NCBI GenBank assembly: GCA_963804995.1
Contig: CAWDSK010000006.1
Coordinates: 1,408,001-1,472,000 of the forward strand
DNA length: 64,000 nucleotides
Source: an uncultured Acidobacteriota bacterium
Lineage (GTDB): Bacteria; Acidobacteriota; Terriglobia; UBA7540
Direction of reading: 5' to 3'
Numbering within the stretch: the stretch's first letter is position 1; each line of letters opens with the position of its first letter. Position numbers and translations under genes: made by a program. Below are positions 31,468 through 43,040 of the stretch, piece after piece. The notes beneath the pieces are model-generated. The model saw nothing but the letters and a program-made list of their open reading frames with translations, had not been told where the DNA came from and ran no database searches.

Positions 31468-32478
31468 TCATTTATCAATCCGCCGTGACAGCGCCTTCAC
31501 CTTTTCTGCCAAATCGTCGAGCCTCGCCAGGCGGGCAATGGTTTTCTTGAATTCGCTCATGGGCCGGCTGGGTGTTCCCCATATGACCGAGCCACTGCGC
31601 ACGATTTTGCCGGGAAGAATCCCGGCTTGGCCCCCCACCGTCACCCGATCCTCAACGCGCACGTGATCGCCAATGCCAACCTGCCCGGCCATGACCACGT
31701 AGTCGCCGATCTCAACGCTGCCGGAGATTCCCACCTGCGCGGCAATGACGCAGTGGCGGCCAATCCTTACGTTGTGGGCGATTTGCACCAGGTTGTCGAT
31801 CTTGGTGCCTTGCCCGATGACCGTGGTGCCCAGGGAGCCGCGGTCGAGCGTGGTGTTGCTGCCGATCTCAACATCGTCCTCGATCACTATATTTCCCAAC
31901 TGCGGAAACTTCACGTGCTTCCCTTCGGCGAAGACGTAGCCGAAACCGTCGGAGCCCACCACCACGCCCGCGTGCAGTATCACGCGGTCGCCAATCCTCG
32001 CACCCGGATAAACGGTGACGTGCGGATGCAATACACAACGCGCGCCAACCTGCACACCCTTGCCGAGAAAAACCCCCGGGCTCAACCGGGTACCCTGCCC
32101 GACCTTGACGCTGGCCTCAATCACCACATGGGCGGCCACCGAAACGTCCGGGGCCAGTTGAGCGTCCGGCGCAACGACGGCCGTGGGATCGATCCCCGGC
32201 TTCGGGAGCGAAGAAGGCCAGAGAGCCTCGGCGGCGCGGATCAGGGCTAGCTTGGGATTACGCACCGCAATGGTGGTTCGCCCCGGCAAAGAAGTTCCCT
32301 GCGGCACCAGAAGGCATCCGGCGCGCGAGTCTGCAGCCTTCTCCAGGGCCCGCGGGCCGTCAGCGTAGGCGAGTTCGGCGGGTCCGGCAGTATCGAGTGC
32401 GGCCACCGCGAGAATTTTGCGCTCACCCTCGCCGGCAAGCGTTCCTTGCACCAACTCGGAAATCTCCCGTGCTCTCAT
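31468..32478 (-). CDS. lpxD: UDP-3-O-(3-hydroxyacyl)glucosamine N-acyltransferase
   Basis: Hexapeptide repeats; [26 protein letters not shown]. Confidence 0.96.
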   Translation of the reverse strand: MRAREISELVQGTLAGEGERKILAVAALDTAGPAELAYADGPRALEKAADSRAGCLLVPQGTSLPGRTTIAVRNPKLALIRAAEALWPSSLPKPGIDPTAVVAPDAQLAPDVSVAAHVVIEASVKVGQGTRLSPGVFLGKGVQVGARCVLHPHVTVYPGARIGDRVILHAGVVVGSDGFGYVFAEGKHVKFPQLGNIVIEDDVEIGSNTTLDRGSLGTTVIGQGTKIDNLVQIAHNVRIGRHCVIAAQVGISGSVEIGDYVVMAGQVGIGDHVRVEDRVTVGGQAGILPGKIVRSGSVIWGTPSRPMSEFKKTIARLARLDDLAEKVKALSRRIDK

Positions 32479-32593
32479 GATGGGCCTCTCAAAGCAGTGG
32501 CTAGCGGCAACTGACGAGCCAAACGCTCCCAACCGTCAGCGATAAGCTTTCAGCCAGGATGTTAACTGAAAGCTGACCGCTGAAAGCTGACAG

Positions 32594-33574
32594 CTAGAGA
32601 GGATATAGCGGTGGCTCGCCGGGCGGGCGGGTCTTCCAACGCCGATGCACCCAAAGCCATTGCTCCGGATAGCGGCGCGCGTACTCCTCGATGAGGCGAG
32701 TGAAGTTGGCCGTGTTGGCCAGAATCTCCTCCTCGGGGTCGTCACGCTTGATCCATTCCACGGCGTCGAATCGCAGGCGGTACTTTTTCAGCTTAACGTC
32801 CCAGATCACCAAGCCCAGGACGATGGGCACGCCGGTCTTCCGGGCCACTCGCGCCGGCCCCGTCGTGGTGCAAGCCGGCCGGCCGAAGAAATCGACAAAA
32901 ACTCCCTCGCTTAACGACATGTTCTGGTCGCTCAGCACACCTACCGCCTGGCCTTGCGCAAAGGCCCGCAGAACCTCTCGAGCGAACTCCGTCTTGTCAA
33001 TTGGCTTACCCCCGCTTAGGCAGCGGTAGTAATTGATAAGATGGTCTACTAAGGGGTTGTCAAGCTCGCGGACTACAAACCGGCAGGGGTAACCATAAAC
33101 CCCGTGGGCAAAGGAACCCAATTCCCAATTGCCGAAGTGCGCCGTCAAGAAAAACATGCCACGGCCCTGGCCCTGCGCTCGCGCGTAATTCTCAAACCCG
33201 TCGTAAATGATCAGGCTCTCGATATTCTCGCGGTTCCAGCGGGGAAAATGGGCGAAGTCCGCCAGCATGCGCCCGAAATTCTGGAAGAGGCCGAAGATCA
33301 CGTGGCGCCGCTGCGACTCGGACCATTCCGGGAAGGCCAGACGGAGATTGAACATACCCACGCGCCGCAGTCGTGGCCATAACCAGTAACATAAAGTTGC
33401 CAGGACGGCGCACAGGGCGCGCGCCAGCTTGTGGGGAAGCCAGCCGAGCGGTTTCAGTAGCGCGAGCACGGCCCAGTATTGCAGCCGGTGGCTGAGTGTC
33501 ACGCGCCGTGGGCTTTCGGTCTCCCCTCGCGATGCCGGAATTTGTGAATTATTTTCACCCACGGCTGGTTTCAT
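32594..33574 (-). CDS. Lipid A late acyltransferase (LpxL/HtrB family)
   Basis: TAHFGNWE, LSDQ, FVDFFG, PEQWLWVHRRWK. Confidence 0.93.
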   Translation of the reverse strand: MKPAVGENNSQIPASRGETESPRRVTLSHRLQYWAVLALLKPLGWLPHKLARALCAVLATLCYWLWPRLRRVGMFNLRLAFPEWSESQRRHVIFGLFQNFGRMLADFAHFPRWNRENIESLIIYDGFENYARAQGQGRGMFFLTAHFGNWELGSFAHGVYGYPCRFVVRELDNPLVDHLINYYRCLSGGKPIDKTEFAREVLRAFAQGQAVGVLSDQNMSLSEGVFVDFFGRPACTTTGPARVARKTGVPIVLGLVIWDVKLKKYRLRFDAVEWIKRDDPEEEILANTANFTRLIEEYARRYPEQWLWVHRRWKTRPPGEPPLYPL

Positions 33575-33658
33575 TCCTTGCCTGGCCGCCCAGGAAATAC
33601 CCCGCGGCTTTGTCGAGCCGCTCTACCTCTACATCCACGCGTTCTGTTTCTCGAAGTC

Positions 33659-34603
33659 CTAATCGGCGCGGAGAGAAAGATTCTGTAGGAAAAAATTGAG
33701 GACCTGATTCTCGTACTCTGATTTCTCCGCCTCGGAAGCCAAGCCTTCCACGGAGTGCTCCATCACCAGCGGTTGTTTGGGCGGGGGGGCCTGGTTGTAG
33801 ATTTCCTCGGTCATGGCCGCGAGGGAGGGATGGTCTCTCCCCCAAATAAATAGCTTGGGCACCCCCTGGAGCTTGGATAATCCCGCCATCATCTGATAGG
33901 AGACCATGCCCGTTGTGCCTACGCGGAACTCCGTCTCGGTAATATTACGGAAAAGCTGGCTAGAGCCCCCCAGGAGGCGATCGATCTGCGTATCATACAT
34001 CTGCAGGGGAGTGGTATACGTCGTATCGACAATCAGCGCCTTCACTTTGGGGTTTATTTCCGCGGCCACCAGCGAGGCGTAGCCGCCCATGGAAGGCCCG
34101 AACAATCCCACGCGGTTGGGGTTCACCCCCACCTGCTTGGTAACAGTTTCAATGGCGGATATCAAATCGGAGGCTTGGCGATCTCCCAAATTCGAGTAGG
34201 CCTCCTTGGCCCTGGGCCCATGAAAATTGAAGAGGAACACATTGAAGTGGTTGTCACGCAGGATGGCTCCCAACGATAAGAAATCGGATCGATTTGAGTC
34301 ATACCCATGCGAGAGAATAATGACCGGGGCGCCGCGCAGCCCCAGTAACAGCCAGCCCTCATGCTCGCCGCCGGAGCGGTCGGAAAAGTTCACGGGAATA
34401 TAATTACTCAAAAGATAGCTTTGCGGCGTGACGGCTTCCTGGGCAGTGCGGCGCGTCAGGATGTAGTAAGTCATGCAGGCGCCCACCGCAACTATGGTCA
34501 GGAAGAGAGCCACGATCAGGACCAGGATTCCGCCGGCAAGCCGAAGGAAAAACTGGCCCCACAGTGAGGGTGCCGCAACCGCAAAACCTTTTCGACGCGC
34601 CAT
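33659..34603 (-). CDS. Membrane-anchored alpha/beta hydrolase
   Basis: N-terminal TM; HGY oxyanion region; GPSMGG nucleophile elbow. Confidence 0.85.
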   Translation of the reverse strand: MARRKGFAVAAPSLWGQFFLRLAGGILVLIVALFLTIVAVGACMTYYILTRRTAQEAVTPQSYLLSNYIPVNFSDRSGGEHEGWLLLGLRGAPVIILSHGYDSNRSDFLSLGAILRDNHFNVFLFNFHGPRAKEAYSNLGDRQASDLISAIETVTKQVGVNPNRVGLFGPSMGGYASLVAAEINPKVKALIVDTTYTTPLQMYDTQIDRLLGGSSQLFRNITETEFRVGTTGMVSYQMMAGLSKLQGVPKLFIWGRDHPSLAAMTEEIYNQAPPPKQPLVMEHSVEGLASEAEKSEYENQVLNFFLQNLSLRAD

Positions 34604-34841
34604 GCCGCTGACTCTTCTCTTGTTCTGATCCTCCGTGCCCGGAGGCCGAAAGGGCTCAACAAGCAAAATGCTACCACAACCGCTTTTCCTCACCACAATA
34701 ACTTTTAAGGGAAGAACCTTGTACCCTCCCCCTGGCCCCTCCGAAACCCAAAATCGACAGCCCCGATTTCCCCTTTCTCCCTTTACTTTTTCCGCTCAAC
34801 CAAGGGTATAATGCCCGCATCTTTGAAAGGAGTCTGCATTC

Positions 34842-36263
34842 ATGGCTAAAGAGTCGGAACTGAATCGCCGCGATTTCCTGAGGACCAGCGTGCGCACCGG
34901 CGCGGGACTTGCCGCGCTCGGCGGCCTGAGCTTTTTTCCAAATCCCCAACGGATCTTTGGAGCGAACGACCGTGTACGCGTGGCCGTGATCGGCCTGCAC
35001 GGGCAAGGCTGGGCGCATGTGCATGAGTATTCCAAGATGTCCAACGTAGAAATCGCTGCCGTTTGCGATATCGATGACAGTGTGACGCGCCAGCGCCTGG
35101 GCGAGATGGAAAAGATGGGGCTCAAGAAGCCCGCAACCTTCGTCGATATCCGCAAACTGCTGGAAGATAAATCCATCGATGCAATTTCCATTGCCACGCC
35201 CAACCACTGGCACTCGCTCATGGCCATCTGGGGCTGCCAGGCCGGCAAGGATGTTTACGTTGAGAAACCCATGTGCCACAACTGGTGGGAAGGCCGCCAA
35301 TTGCTGCGCGCCGTGGAGAAATATGGCCGCATAGTGCAGCACGGCACCAACAGCCGCTCCGGCACCGCCATCATCGAGGGCATGCAGAAAATGCGCGAGG
35401 GTTTGATTGGCGACGTTTATCTCTCACGCGGTCTCTGCTTCAAATGGCGCGACACGATTGGCCATGCGGCGGAAGAATCCGTGCCCACGGGCGTCAACTA
35501 CGACCTCTGGACCGGCCCCGCCCCCCTCAAGCCTTTTACCAAGAACCGGTTTCACTACAACTGGCATTGGATCTGGGATACGGGCAACGGCGACTTCGGC
35601 AACCAGGGCATCCATGAACTCAACGTGGCACGCTGGGGATTGGACGTGAAGTTCCCCAATCGCGTCTCGGCCATCGGGGCGCATGTCATGTTTGACGACA
35701 ACCAGCAAACGCCCAACGTCCTGAACGTCGCCTACGAGTTTGACATGCCCGGTGGAAAAAAGCGGCTCATGGAATTTGAAGTGCGCCACTGGATCACCAA
35801 CCATGAAGCGGAAATTGGCACGTCCGCTTTCGGTGAAGAGGGAGTCGCGCCCGCGCTCGGAAACCCCCAGGAGAAAAAGAGGTCCAAAGGACCCCAGAAC
35901 ACGGTGGGGAATATCTTTTACGGCTCCAAGGGCTATTTGGCCTTTAACGGTTACGACAGTTACAAGTCGTGGATCGGCGAAAACCAGGAGCCCGGACCGT
36001 GTTCCACCGCCCGCGGGAACAATTGGGCCAATTTCATTGACTGCGTGGTGAGCCGTAAGAAGGAACAGTTGAATGCGCCCATCCAGGAGGGCTACATCTC
36101 CTGCACCCTGTTGCACCTGGGCAACGCGGCTTATCGAGTGGGTCGCACCCTGCAGTTTGATCCCGAAAAGCAGGAAGTGATCGGCGACGAGGAAGCCAGC
36201 AAAATCCTGCGCGATGCCGACCGCGGCTATCGGAAACCCTACGTGGTGCCGGAAAAAGTTTAG
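34842..36263 (+). CDS. Tat-exported Gfo/Idh/MocA oxidoreductase
   Basis: NRRDFL Tat motif; ATPNHWH, VYVEKP, YDLWTGPAP, GNQGIH. Confidence 0.95.
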   Translation: MAKESELNRRDFLRTSVRTGAGLAALGGLSFFPNPQRIFGANDRVRVAVIGLHGQGWAHVHEYSKMSNVEIAAVCDIDDSVTRQRLGEMEKMGLKKPATFVDIRKLLEDKSIDAISIATPNHWHSLMAIWGCQAGKDVYVEKPMCHNWWEGRQLLRAVEKYGRIVQHGTNSRSGTAIIEGMQKMREGLIGDVYLSRGLCFKWRDTIGHAAEESVPTGVNYDLWTGPAPLKPFTKNRFHYNWHWIWDTGNGDFGNQGIHELNVARWGLDVKFPNRVSAIGAHVMFDDNQQTPNVLNVAYEFDMPGGKKRLMEFEVRHWITNHEAEIGTSAFGEEGVAPALGNPQEKKRSKGPQNTVGNIFYGSKGYLAFNGYDSYKSWIGENQEPGPCSTARGNNWANFIDCVVSRKKEQLNAPIQEGYISCTLLHLGNAAYRVGRTLQFDPEKQEVIGDEEASKILRDADRGYRKPYVVPEKV

Positions 36264-36401
36264 GCCGGATTTCTTACTACGGATTGCGAGGGCGGCGCCC
36301 ACACAAGCCGTCGTGGCGAGTGGCGCTGCCCTTATCAAGACCATCCCTAAATCCCCCGTTCAACACCACCCCGGCGCTCCGTGCGCCACCCCTCCTCATC
36401 T

Positions 36402-36500
36402 GAGGCTGTCTCAAAACTAGGTATTTCTGACTTTTGCACAGCGTAAGTTATTGATTATTCGTCGTAAAAACCGTGAATTTGCCAGTTTTGAGACAGCCTC
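36402..36500. mobile_element. 99-bp MITE (IS1182-like ends) inserted in a REP-like hairpin
   Basis: Perfect 17-bp TIRs GAGGCTGTCTCAAAACT/AGTTTTGAGACAGCCTC; ATCT duplication; empty-site version at ~3847. Confidence 0.85.
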
Positions 36501-36639
36501 ATCTGAGGAGGGGAGTGCTTTAAAGAACTCCCCTCCTAATTTAGGAGGGGTGGCGCTCAGAGCGCCGGGGTGGTTACGGTGGCGCCTTGAGCGCCGGGGG
36601 GGCCGCAGCCTCTGAAACTCGGCACGGGGCAGTCAACAA

Positions 36640-36770
36640 CTGCTTTCTGCATTCTGCTTTCTGCATTCTGCATTCTGCTTTCTGCCTTCTGCTTTCTGCT
36701 TTCTGCTTTCTGCCTTCTGCATTCCGCTTTCTGCCTTCTGCATTCCGCTTTCTGCCTTCTGGCTACTGCT
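36640..36770. repeat. Heptamer tandem repeat (TTCTGCH)n, about 17 units
   Basis: CTGCTTT CTGCATT CTGCCTT ... seen directly. Confidence 0.95.
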
Positions 36771-36887
36771 CCACCGCCCCGCCCCTCCTGCCTTGACTTC
36801 TTTCCCTCTCCGTCTTACTCTGACATTTCGGGCTTGCTCGAAATTAGTCCATCTCAAATTCTAAATCCATTCTGATCGAGGGCCGCA

Positions 36888-37322
36888 ATGAGTCTCCTCA
36901 AGATTGCCAGTGTACCTCCCGCCGCGGTCTCACCCGACGCAACCGTGCTGGAGGCCGTGGAAGTAATGGCGGAGCACGGTGTGGGTGCTGTGGCCGTGGT
37001 TGACAACGGCCAGTTGCGCGGCATCTTTACGGAACGCGACGTGATGATGCGTGTCGTCCTGCGCCACCGCAGCCCCAAGGACACGCATGTGGGTGAGGTG
37101 ATGACTTCTCCCGCCGAAACCATCACCGACGAGACCACTGAGGAAGACGCGCTCGTGCACATGGTGGAGCGTCACGTGCGGCACCTGCCCATCGTCAGCG
37201 CGGAGGGCAAGGTTAACGGCATGCTCTCCGTCCGCAACCTGCTGGAGCATCGCGTGGACGAGCTCGCGCGCGAGCTCCATTCCCTCGATCAATACCTCTC
37301 CAACGACGGTCCGGGCGGCTGA
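36888..37322 (+). CDS. CBS-pair protein
   Basis: GIFTERD, VGEVMT, HVRHLPIV, GMLSVRNL. Confidence 0.92.
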   Translation: MSLLKIASVPPAAVSPDATVLEAVEVMAEHGVGAVAVVDNGQLRGIFTERDVMMRVVLRHRSPKDTHVGEVMTSPAETITDETTEEDALVHMVERHVRHLPIVSAEGKVNGMLSVRNLLEHRVDELARELHSLDQYLSNDGPGG

Positions 37323-37361
37323 ATTCGCCCGGCCCTCTCTGCCCGGCGATACAGAAAGGGA

Positions 37362-39104
37362 CTAAAGGGGGTCGTGCGGACCGACACCATATGCACCCAA
37401 AACATTGCGCAGCGTTACGATGCCTTCTAGCTTGTGCACATCAGCACGATTAACTACCGGCAAGAGTTCGAGTCGGGCTGTGCCCATGCGCGCAAGTGCC
37501 AGGTCAAACGACTGGTCGGTGTGGACGTGCGGAAAAGCACGTGCATCCACAAGCTCACCCAGTTGCTTAGCGGCCGCGCCTTCTGCGAGTTCCCGCTCAA
37601 GCGTCGCTAGGCTGATAACGCCCACCACGCCTCGCCGATCAGTCACCGGCCAGGCGCGGAATTGACTGGCGTGCGCCTGCTCGAAGGCCGCGCGGACTGT
37701 CATCTGCGCCGACAGTACCTCCGTCGCGGCTTGCATCACCTGGATTACCCGGCGTCTCCCATGCCGCTGGCGTGTCTCGGCGCTGGGCAGGTGGATGCCA
37801 TCCTGCAATGCCAGAGCTTCGTAGATCGGCTGCCGCTGGAGCCGCGCGGAGATGAAAAAACTCACGAGGTTGGAAATCATCAGCGGGACGATAACCGCAT
37901 AATCTCGAGTCGTCTCAAAGATCATCATCACCGATGTCATAGGTGCACGCACGATGCCGGCAAACAGAGTGCCCATGCCGACTAGAGCGTATGCACCGGG
38001 TGTTGCGGTGTAGCCCGGCATCAAGTGGTGCGCGATGCTGCCTAGAGTGCCTCCGAGCATAGCCCCGATAAACAGGCTGGGGCCAAAAATGCCGCCAGCG
38101 TTTCCCGAACCGTAGCTCGTGGTCACTGCCAGAAGTTTCAGGACCACTAGCAATGCCATCAATTGGAGGGCCATCCTCCCATTCAGGGCCTCGCCGACAT
38201 ACCCATAGCCAACGCCCAATACCTGGGGCACAAACCAGCCGATCAGGCCGACCAATAACCCTCCCGCCACGGGTTGGAACCAGAGGGTCTTCTTCGGGAG
38301 CCACAGGAAGCATTCCCGCGTTCTGAGCAAGAGCTTTGTGAACGCGACGGACACCAGACCGCCTACCACACCGAGCACTGCATAGACAGCAAATTCCACC
38401 GGGTGGACGAGCTTGTATTGTGGCACCTGGAAGAGAGGGTTATTGCCGAGGAGTAACCGCAGCACCATCCAGGAAGTCGCCGACGCTAGCACGACTGAGC
38501 CCAGCACTGGTGCGTGTAGGTCCCCCGTAACTTCCTCAAGCGAAAACAGAACTGCTGCCAGGGGGGTATTAAACGCTGCGGCAATTGCGGCCGCTGCCCC
38601 CACTGGGATGAGCGCCTTCACTTTCTCGGGAGGCAATCCCAGGCGACGGCCCAACACCGAAGCGATACCCCCGCCAACTTGGACGGAGGGTCCCTCGCGC
38701 CCCAGCGGGATTCCACTGGCGAGCGTAGCTGCAGTGCAAAAGAATTTTCCGAACATCGTAGCTGCGGTAATTACGCCTTCGTGGGCGAAGAGCGCAGCTT
38801 TCGTCTGCGGCACGCCGCTGCCCCGCGCATCCGGAAAAAAGCGGAACAGCAGATACCCCATGCCCAGCGAGCCCAACACCGGGATTAGCAGCCGTCGCCA
38901 AGCAGCACTGCCTATGGGATAGAGATGCATCCCCAGCCGTTCGGTCAGCAAAATGAAAGCAACAACCGCCAGGCCGGTCAGGGCACCGATAACTAGCGTT
39001 AGGACCAGGAATATCTGGTCCTCACGTTGCTGTAGGCGGGCTATCCACCGCGACAGCGGGGTTCTCCACCAGATCCCTTTCGGTTTCTCGCGGGCTCCGC
39101 TCAT
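37362..39104 (-). CDS. ClC-family chloride channel/antiporter with CBS tail
   Basis: GSGVP, GREGP, AAFNTPLA, GGIFGPSLFIG motifs. Confidence 0.95.
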   Translation of the reverse strand: MSGAREKPKGIWWRTPLSRWIARLQQREDQIFLVLTLVIGALTGLAVVAFILLTERLGMHLYPIGSAAWRRLLIPVLGSLGMGYLLFRFFPDARGSGVPQTKAALFAHEGVITAATMFGKFFCTAATLASGIPLGREGPSVQVGGGIASVLGRRLGLPPEKVKALIPVGAAAAIAAAFNTPLAAVLFSLEEVTGDLHAPVLGSVVLASATSWMVLRLLLGNNPLFQVPQYKLVHPVEFAVYAVLGVVGGLVSVAFTKLLLRTRECFLWLPKKTLWFQPVAGGLLVGLIGWFVPQVLGVGYGYVGEALNGRMALQLMALLVVLKLLAVTTSYGSGNAGGIFGPSLFIGAMLGGTLGSIAHHLMPGYTATPGAYALVGMGTLFAGIVRAPMTSVMMIFETTRDYAVIVPLMISNLVSFFISARLQRQPIYEALALQDGIHLPSAETRQRHGRRRVIQVMQAATEVLSAQMTVRAAFEQAHASQFRAWPVTDRRGVVGVISLATLERELAEGAAAKQLGELVDARAFPHVHTDQSFDLALARMGTARLELLPVVNRADVHKLEGIVTLRNVLGAYGVGPHDPL

Positions 39105-39251
39105 TTCTGTACGCCCTCCTTGCCATAACATATCTCACCGGAATTGTTTTTGGCCACTGGGAACCACGTTTCTTATTGCCAATCGCATCATCCAACGTGG
39201 TCGATTTCGCTGGAAATGGACGCGTCGTCGTACCCGCCAGCTTTCACGAGC

Positions 39252-39850
39252 AGCGCGCCGACCTGTTCTGGAGGTCTGCGGTTCGTCCGTGATTGACAAT
39301 AAAAGCCGCGGACCTCAACGACCGGCCGCGCTACACTGGCTCGGCGAACTAATCGAATGCATAGCCCTCTCCGAGGGGAGAGGGCTATGGATTCAAATCA
39401 ACTTCACTCTCTCATCCGAGCGAACTAACTTCACCCTCACCCCTGGGGAGAATGCGAGCGCAAACTTTAGAAATATCACGATGTGAGCTAATTCGGAAAG
39501 GGAATTGAAGCAATCGTAGCGCCCCGATGCATCGGGGCGGTTCTTCATTAGATTCACACTGCCGAATCCGAGGGCGGCCCCCATTATTGACATCTGAGAT
39601 GTTTCGCATGAAGGGCCGCGGACCTCAACAGCGGAGGTCCGCGCTGCACAATCTTGCGCCTTTCCCGTACCAACCATCCCGACACGAGCACCGGGACACG
39701 TTCGTAGCGCGGTCCCCCGCCTTTGGGGTCCGCGGTTTTTCGTTTGAAAATTCTTCAAATGCCGAGCCCGGGCGGGTGTTTCACCACGATACGTTCGCCC
39801 AATTGGCACACGAAAAACCGCAGACCTCAACGGCGGAGGTCTGCGCTACG
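39252..39850. repeat. Cluster of GTAG-type REPIN-like elements
   Basis: Several GCGGACCTC..GAGGTCYGCG units, including 39703..39850. Confidence 0.8.
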
Positions 39851-40155
39851 ATTGCTTGCCGCGAACCCTGGCCGGCTGCGAGCAGGGAGCAGGTGACAGG
39901 GAACAGGGAACAGCAGGTTGCGCAGAGTCTCGGAGAGCATGAGACTCTGCGCTGCCTGCTCGGCCCATTACATTAGCGCATCGGCGTTGTCCCAAGCCCG
40001 CGTAGCGGGCGACATCTGGAAGAGGCGGCCGAAAAATCTGCGCAGCGTTCTTATGGGACGCGTTCGCCGGATACTCCCCTACGGGGCTCACACGCCGCCT
40101 TGCGTTGCGCGGTCCCATGGCTGCGCCAGCCCGGTCGGAGAGGGGACGGCTGGGG

Positions 40156-41590
40156 TCAAGACTCGCCGACTTTAGCTTTGGCAGCAGACATCTTCGGACC
40201 CAACATGATCCGGAGCACTTCCTTATTGATGACATAGTTGCCATGCGCGGCCGCGGGGTTGGCGAAAATCCAATGCCACCACCTGTTCCGAACATAGAGG
40301 TTGGTGATCAACAGACCCTTCTGCGCGGGAAGGCGCCAACTCAGCAAATCGCTGGGATCGCTCCACGCCACTACCTGAGCTGGCTTGGCCACGGACTCTT
40401 CTGCACCGCTGCGTCGCTTGGCAAAGGCCTGGCGCAGATTCTCCCACCTCGTCATCAGCGTGTTGAGAACCCCCCAGGTCGCCGCCGGCACCACTCCCGG
40501 CACAGGTTCAGGTGCGGCCGGCTTGGGTCCTGCCAGGTTCGCCAATTCCAGGAGGGGAATCTGATTGGCAAAGAAATACACCAACGAGGTGCGCTCCAGG
40601 ATGTATTGGGCGGCGGCGTCCTCGGCGGCCATCCCGCTCTCCCACGGGGTCAGCCCCCTCTGCGGCAGGGCTTCCTGCTGGCCCATATTGAGGGTTGAGA
40701 AGACCAGATAGCTTCCCAAGCTGTGCGAGACCACGATGAACTCGCGATCAATTCCATGCGGATCCTTCAACTGTTGCTCCCAGTCGTTGGTTTTGGACCC
40801 ATCCGCCTTGAATATCACCGCTCTAAGAAATAGCTGCCGCATCCCCTCGCGAATAAGGTATTGCAGGGAACCCACGGACAGCATGGCATCTGCGAATCCC
40901 CAATCGAGAAGGTTGGTCTTGATGTGGCGATTGATGAGCGCACCTTTGGGCCGGATGGCTTCCAGAGTCTTTGCCTCCTGGGGGCTAATCCAGGTGTAGG
41001 CTCGAAACCGGCCCGGGTGGGACGAGTCCATTTCCTCGGCCTGCGAACAGAAATTAAGCATGGAGGCGTCGGGCCCTGCCAAGCGCGCATCACCGGCCAT
41101 GATAGCGCGGCACTTGACCGGAATCATCAGCGGCCACCAGTTGATCTCATCCACGACGAGAGGGCCGCCGTCGCTGCGCCGCAATACATAATGATCGACA
41201 AACGGATCGGAGGCGCTCCACTCCTGCTTGTTCCCCCAAACCGCATTTCCCATGTAGGCGAAGGCCGGAGGCTCCGCGCCGTTCTCAAACTCACCGCGGT
41301 CGGCGTAGTCTCTTCCCACCGGGGCCGCCGGAACCGTGCAATCTTTCAGAAAGGCGCAGATTGCCTTCTGAAATGTCCGCGAACCGCCGGCGCCGGTCGC
41401 GCCAATCCCATGCACATAAAGAATGTGCAGTGGGCGCTGCCCCGCATGGCGCAAGGATTCCCCAATCGAGGAAACCTGGCTTAGACTCTGAGGCCCATCG
41501 TCGATGACCTTGCCCTCTGCCCGGCCATTGCCCAAGGCTCCGGCAATGAGTGATAGAATGAGAAGCATGTTGTAAGGACGGGTTGTCATC
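40156..41590 (-). CDS. Exported hypothetical protein, alpha/beta-hydrolase-like
   Basis: Signal peptide; YVHGIG, VSHSLGS, WSDPSDLLS, AHGNY. Confidence 0.75.
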
Positions 41591-41913
41591 ATACCTCCTG
41601 AATTCATTCGCACAATTTATGTCCCCCGCCAGAAGGGGGAGGTTTAGATTAAACCTCTTTCTCCGAATTATGATTATGGCGTGGGAATGATACCTTGTTA
41701 ACACGTCATGGCCGCTGAAATTTAGCCAGCAAGTATTGCCGGGGCTGGAAGGGGGCGCCCCGTTTTGCGCTGTGGGGGTGAGGGGTCTTTGCACAGCCGA
41801 TGCAAATGGACCGAAGGTTGTGCCCGCATACATTCCCAAACGCGGCACGTATGCACGACCCGCGGAGCACGGAACTACAGGGAATAGGAAACAGAAGTAC
41901 AGGTGACAACAGG

Positions 41914-42055
41914 CGTAGCGCGGTCCCCCGTCTTTGGGGTCCGCGGTTCTTCGTTAGATTCACACACCCGATTCTGAGAGGAGATCCCTGTGGTTGAATT
42001 TTGCGTTTTTTCGCGGGAAGAGCCGCAGACCTCAACAGTGGAGGTCTGCGCTACG
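41914..42055. repeat. GTAG-type REPIN-like element
   Basis: CGTAGCGCGGTCCCCCG..GGGGTCCGCGG ... GAGGTCTGCGCTACG; resembles 39703..39850. Confidence 0.85.
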
Positions 42056-42581
42056 GTTACTCATAACATTCCATCGTGTGGTGCACAGAATGATCCCCCG
42101 CCGGGCATGTTGTAGGAGCGCTTCCCGATCAAATCGGGACAGGTCGCGAAGCGCCCTCGCGGAAATGCGGCTGGATCCTGACCCTGGTGTTGCGGAACCG
42201 GTCCTACTCTTCCCCTGGCGCTATGGGGAAAATGGTGACGCTCGCTGCACTGGCTTTCGGACACACCTGAAAATAACGCATCCAATCAATCATTCCAGCA
42301 GGTGCACCATCATGCATATGCACAACAAGTAAACAGCACACATTTTGACATACATCAAAGTCTCAAAAAATAGTTTTTCTAATAGCGCGCTGCGACAAAA
42401 AGTGGTAAGGTCTACCCGCAGTTTGTTGTTGTAATTCCCTCAAGTCTCGCAGAAGCGAATTACGTGCGTCGTGCGGCTCCACGATTTTGCGAAACCAGGT
42501 ATTACAGTGTGCCGTTGGAGGCATTCCCGCCGGTGGCATTGCTACAAATTGCCAAATCACACACACTAAGGTGCTAGCAAA

Positions 42582-42848
42582 ATGAAGGAACAAGGGACAG
42601 TCAAGTGGTTCAACGCGGCTAAAGGTTACGGGTTCATTCAACGCGAAAGCGGCGAAGATGTATTCGTACACTTCTCAGCCATCTCGGGCGATGGTTATCG
42701 CTCACTCGAAGAGGGCGCCCGGGTAAGTTTTGAAGTGAAGAACGGTCCAAAGGGATTGCAGGCGGCGAACGTTCGAGCGGATCTAATCTCCGCAAGAGTG
42801 GCTAGCTCAACTTCTGGTGGAACGGCAATAAACCTCCTCCGAGACTAA
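42582..42848 (+). CDS. Cold-shock protein (CspA family); true stop probably 42786
   Basis: [34 protein letters not shown]. Confidence 0.96.
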   Translation: MKEQGTVKWFNAAKGYGFIQRESGEDVFVHFSAISGDGYRSLEEGARVSFEVKNGPKGLQAANVRADLISARVASSTSGGTAINLLRD

Positions 42849-43040
42849 TCGAAGGCGGAGGGGGGACGCCTGTCGGTAAGTGAGTTATTTTCTGGGGCCA
42901 AGCGGATCCTATCGCGCCGGGCAGGTGGAGAAGTTTGCAGTCCGCGCCCTACCTGTCTCCGAATCATCAGGGCATTCAACCATCCATAGGGTATAATTGT
43001 CAGCCCGGGTCCCGCCCGAGCCGATATTTTTGGGAGTCAT

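Noticed and set aside
36640..36770. CRISPR array or a QKAE-repeat protein
   Set aside because: A pure 7-bp microsatellite with no unique spacers and no cas genes; the ORFs are repeat artefacts
42787..42848. Novel C-terminal extension on Csp
   Set aside because: Better explained by a one-base insertion; the extension runs into a terminator-like hairpin
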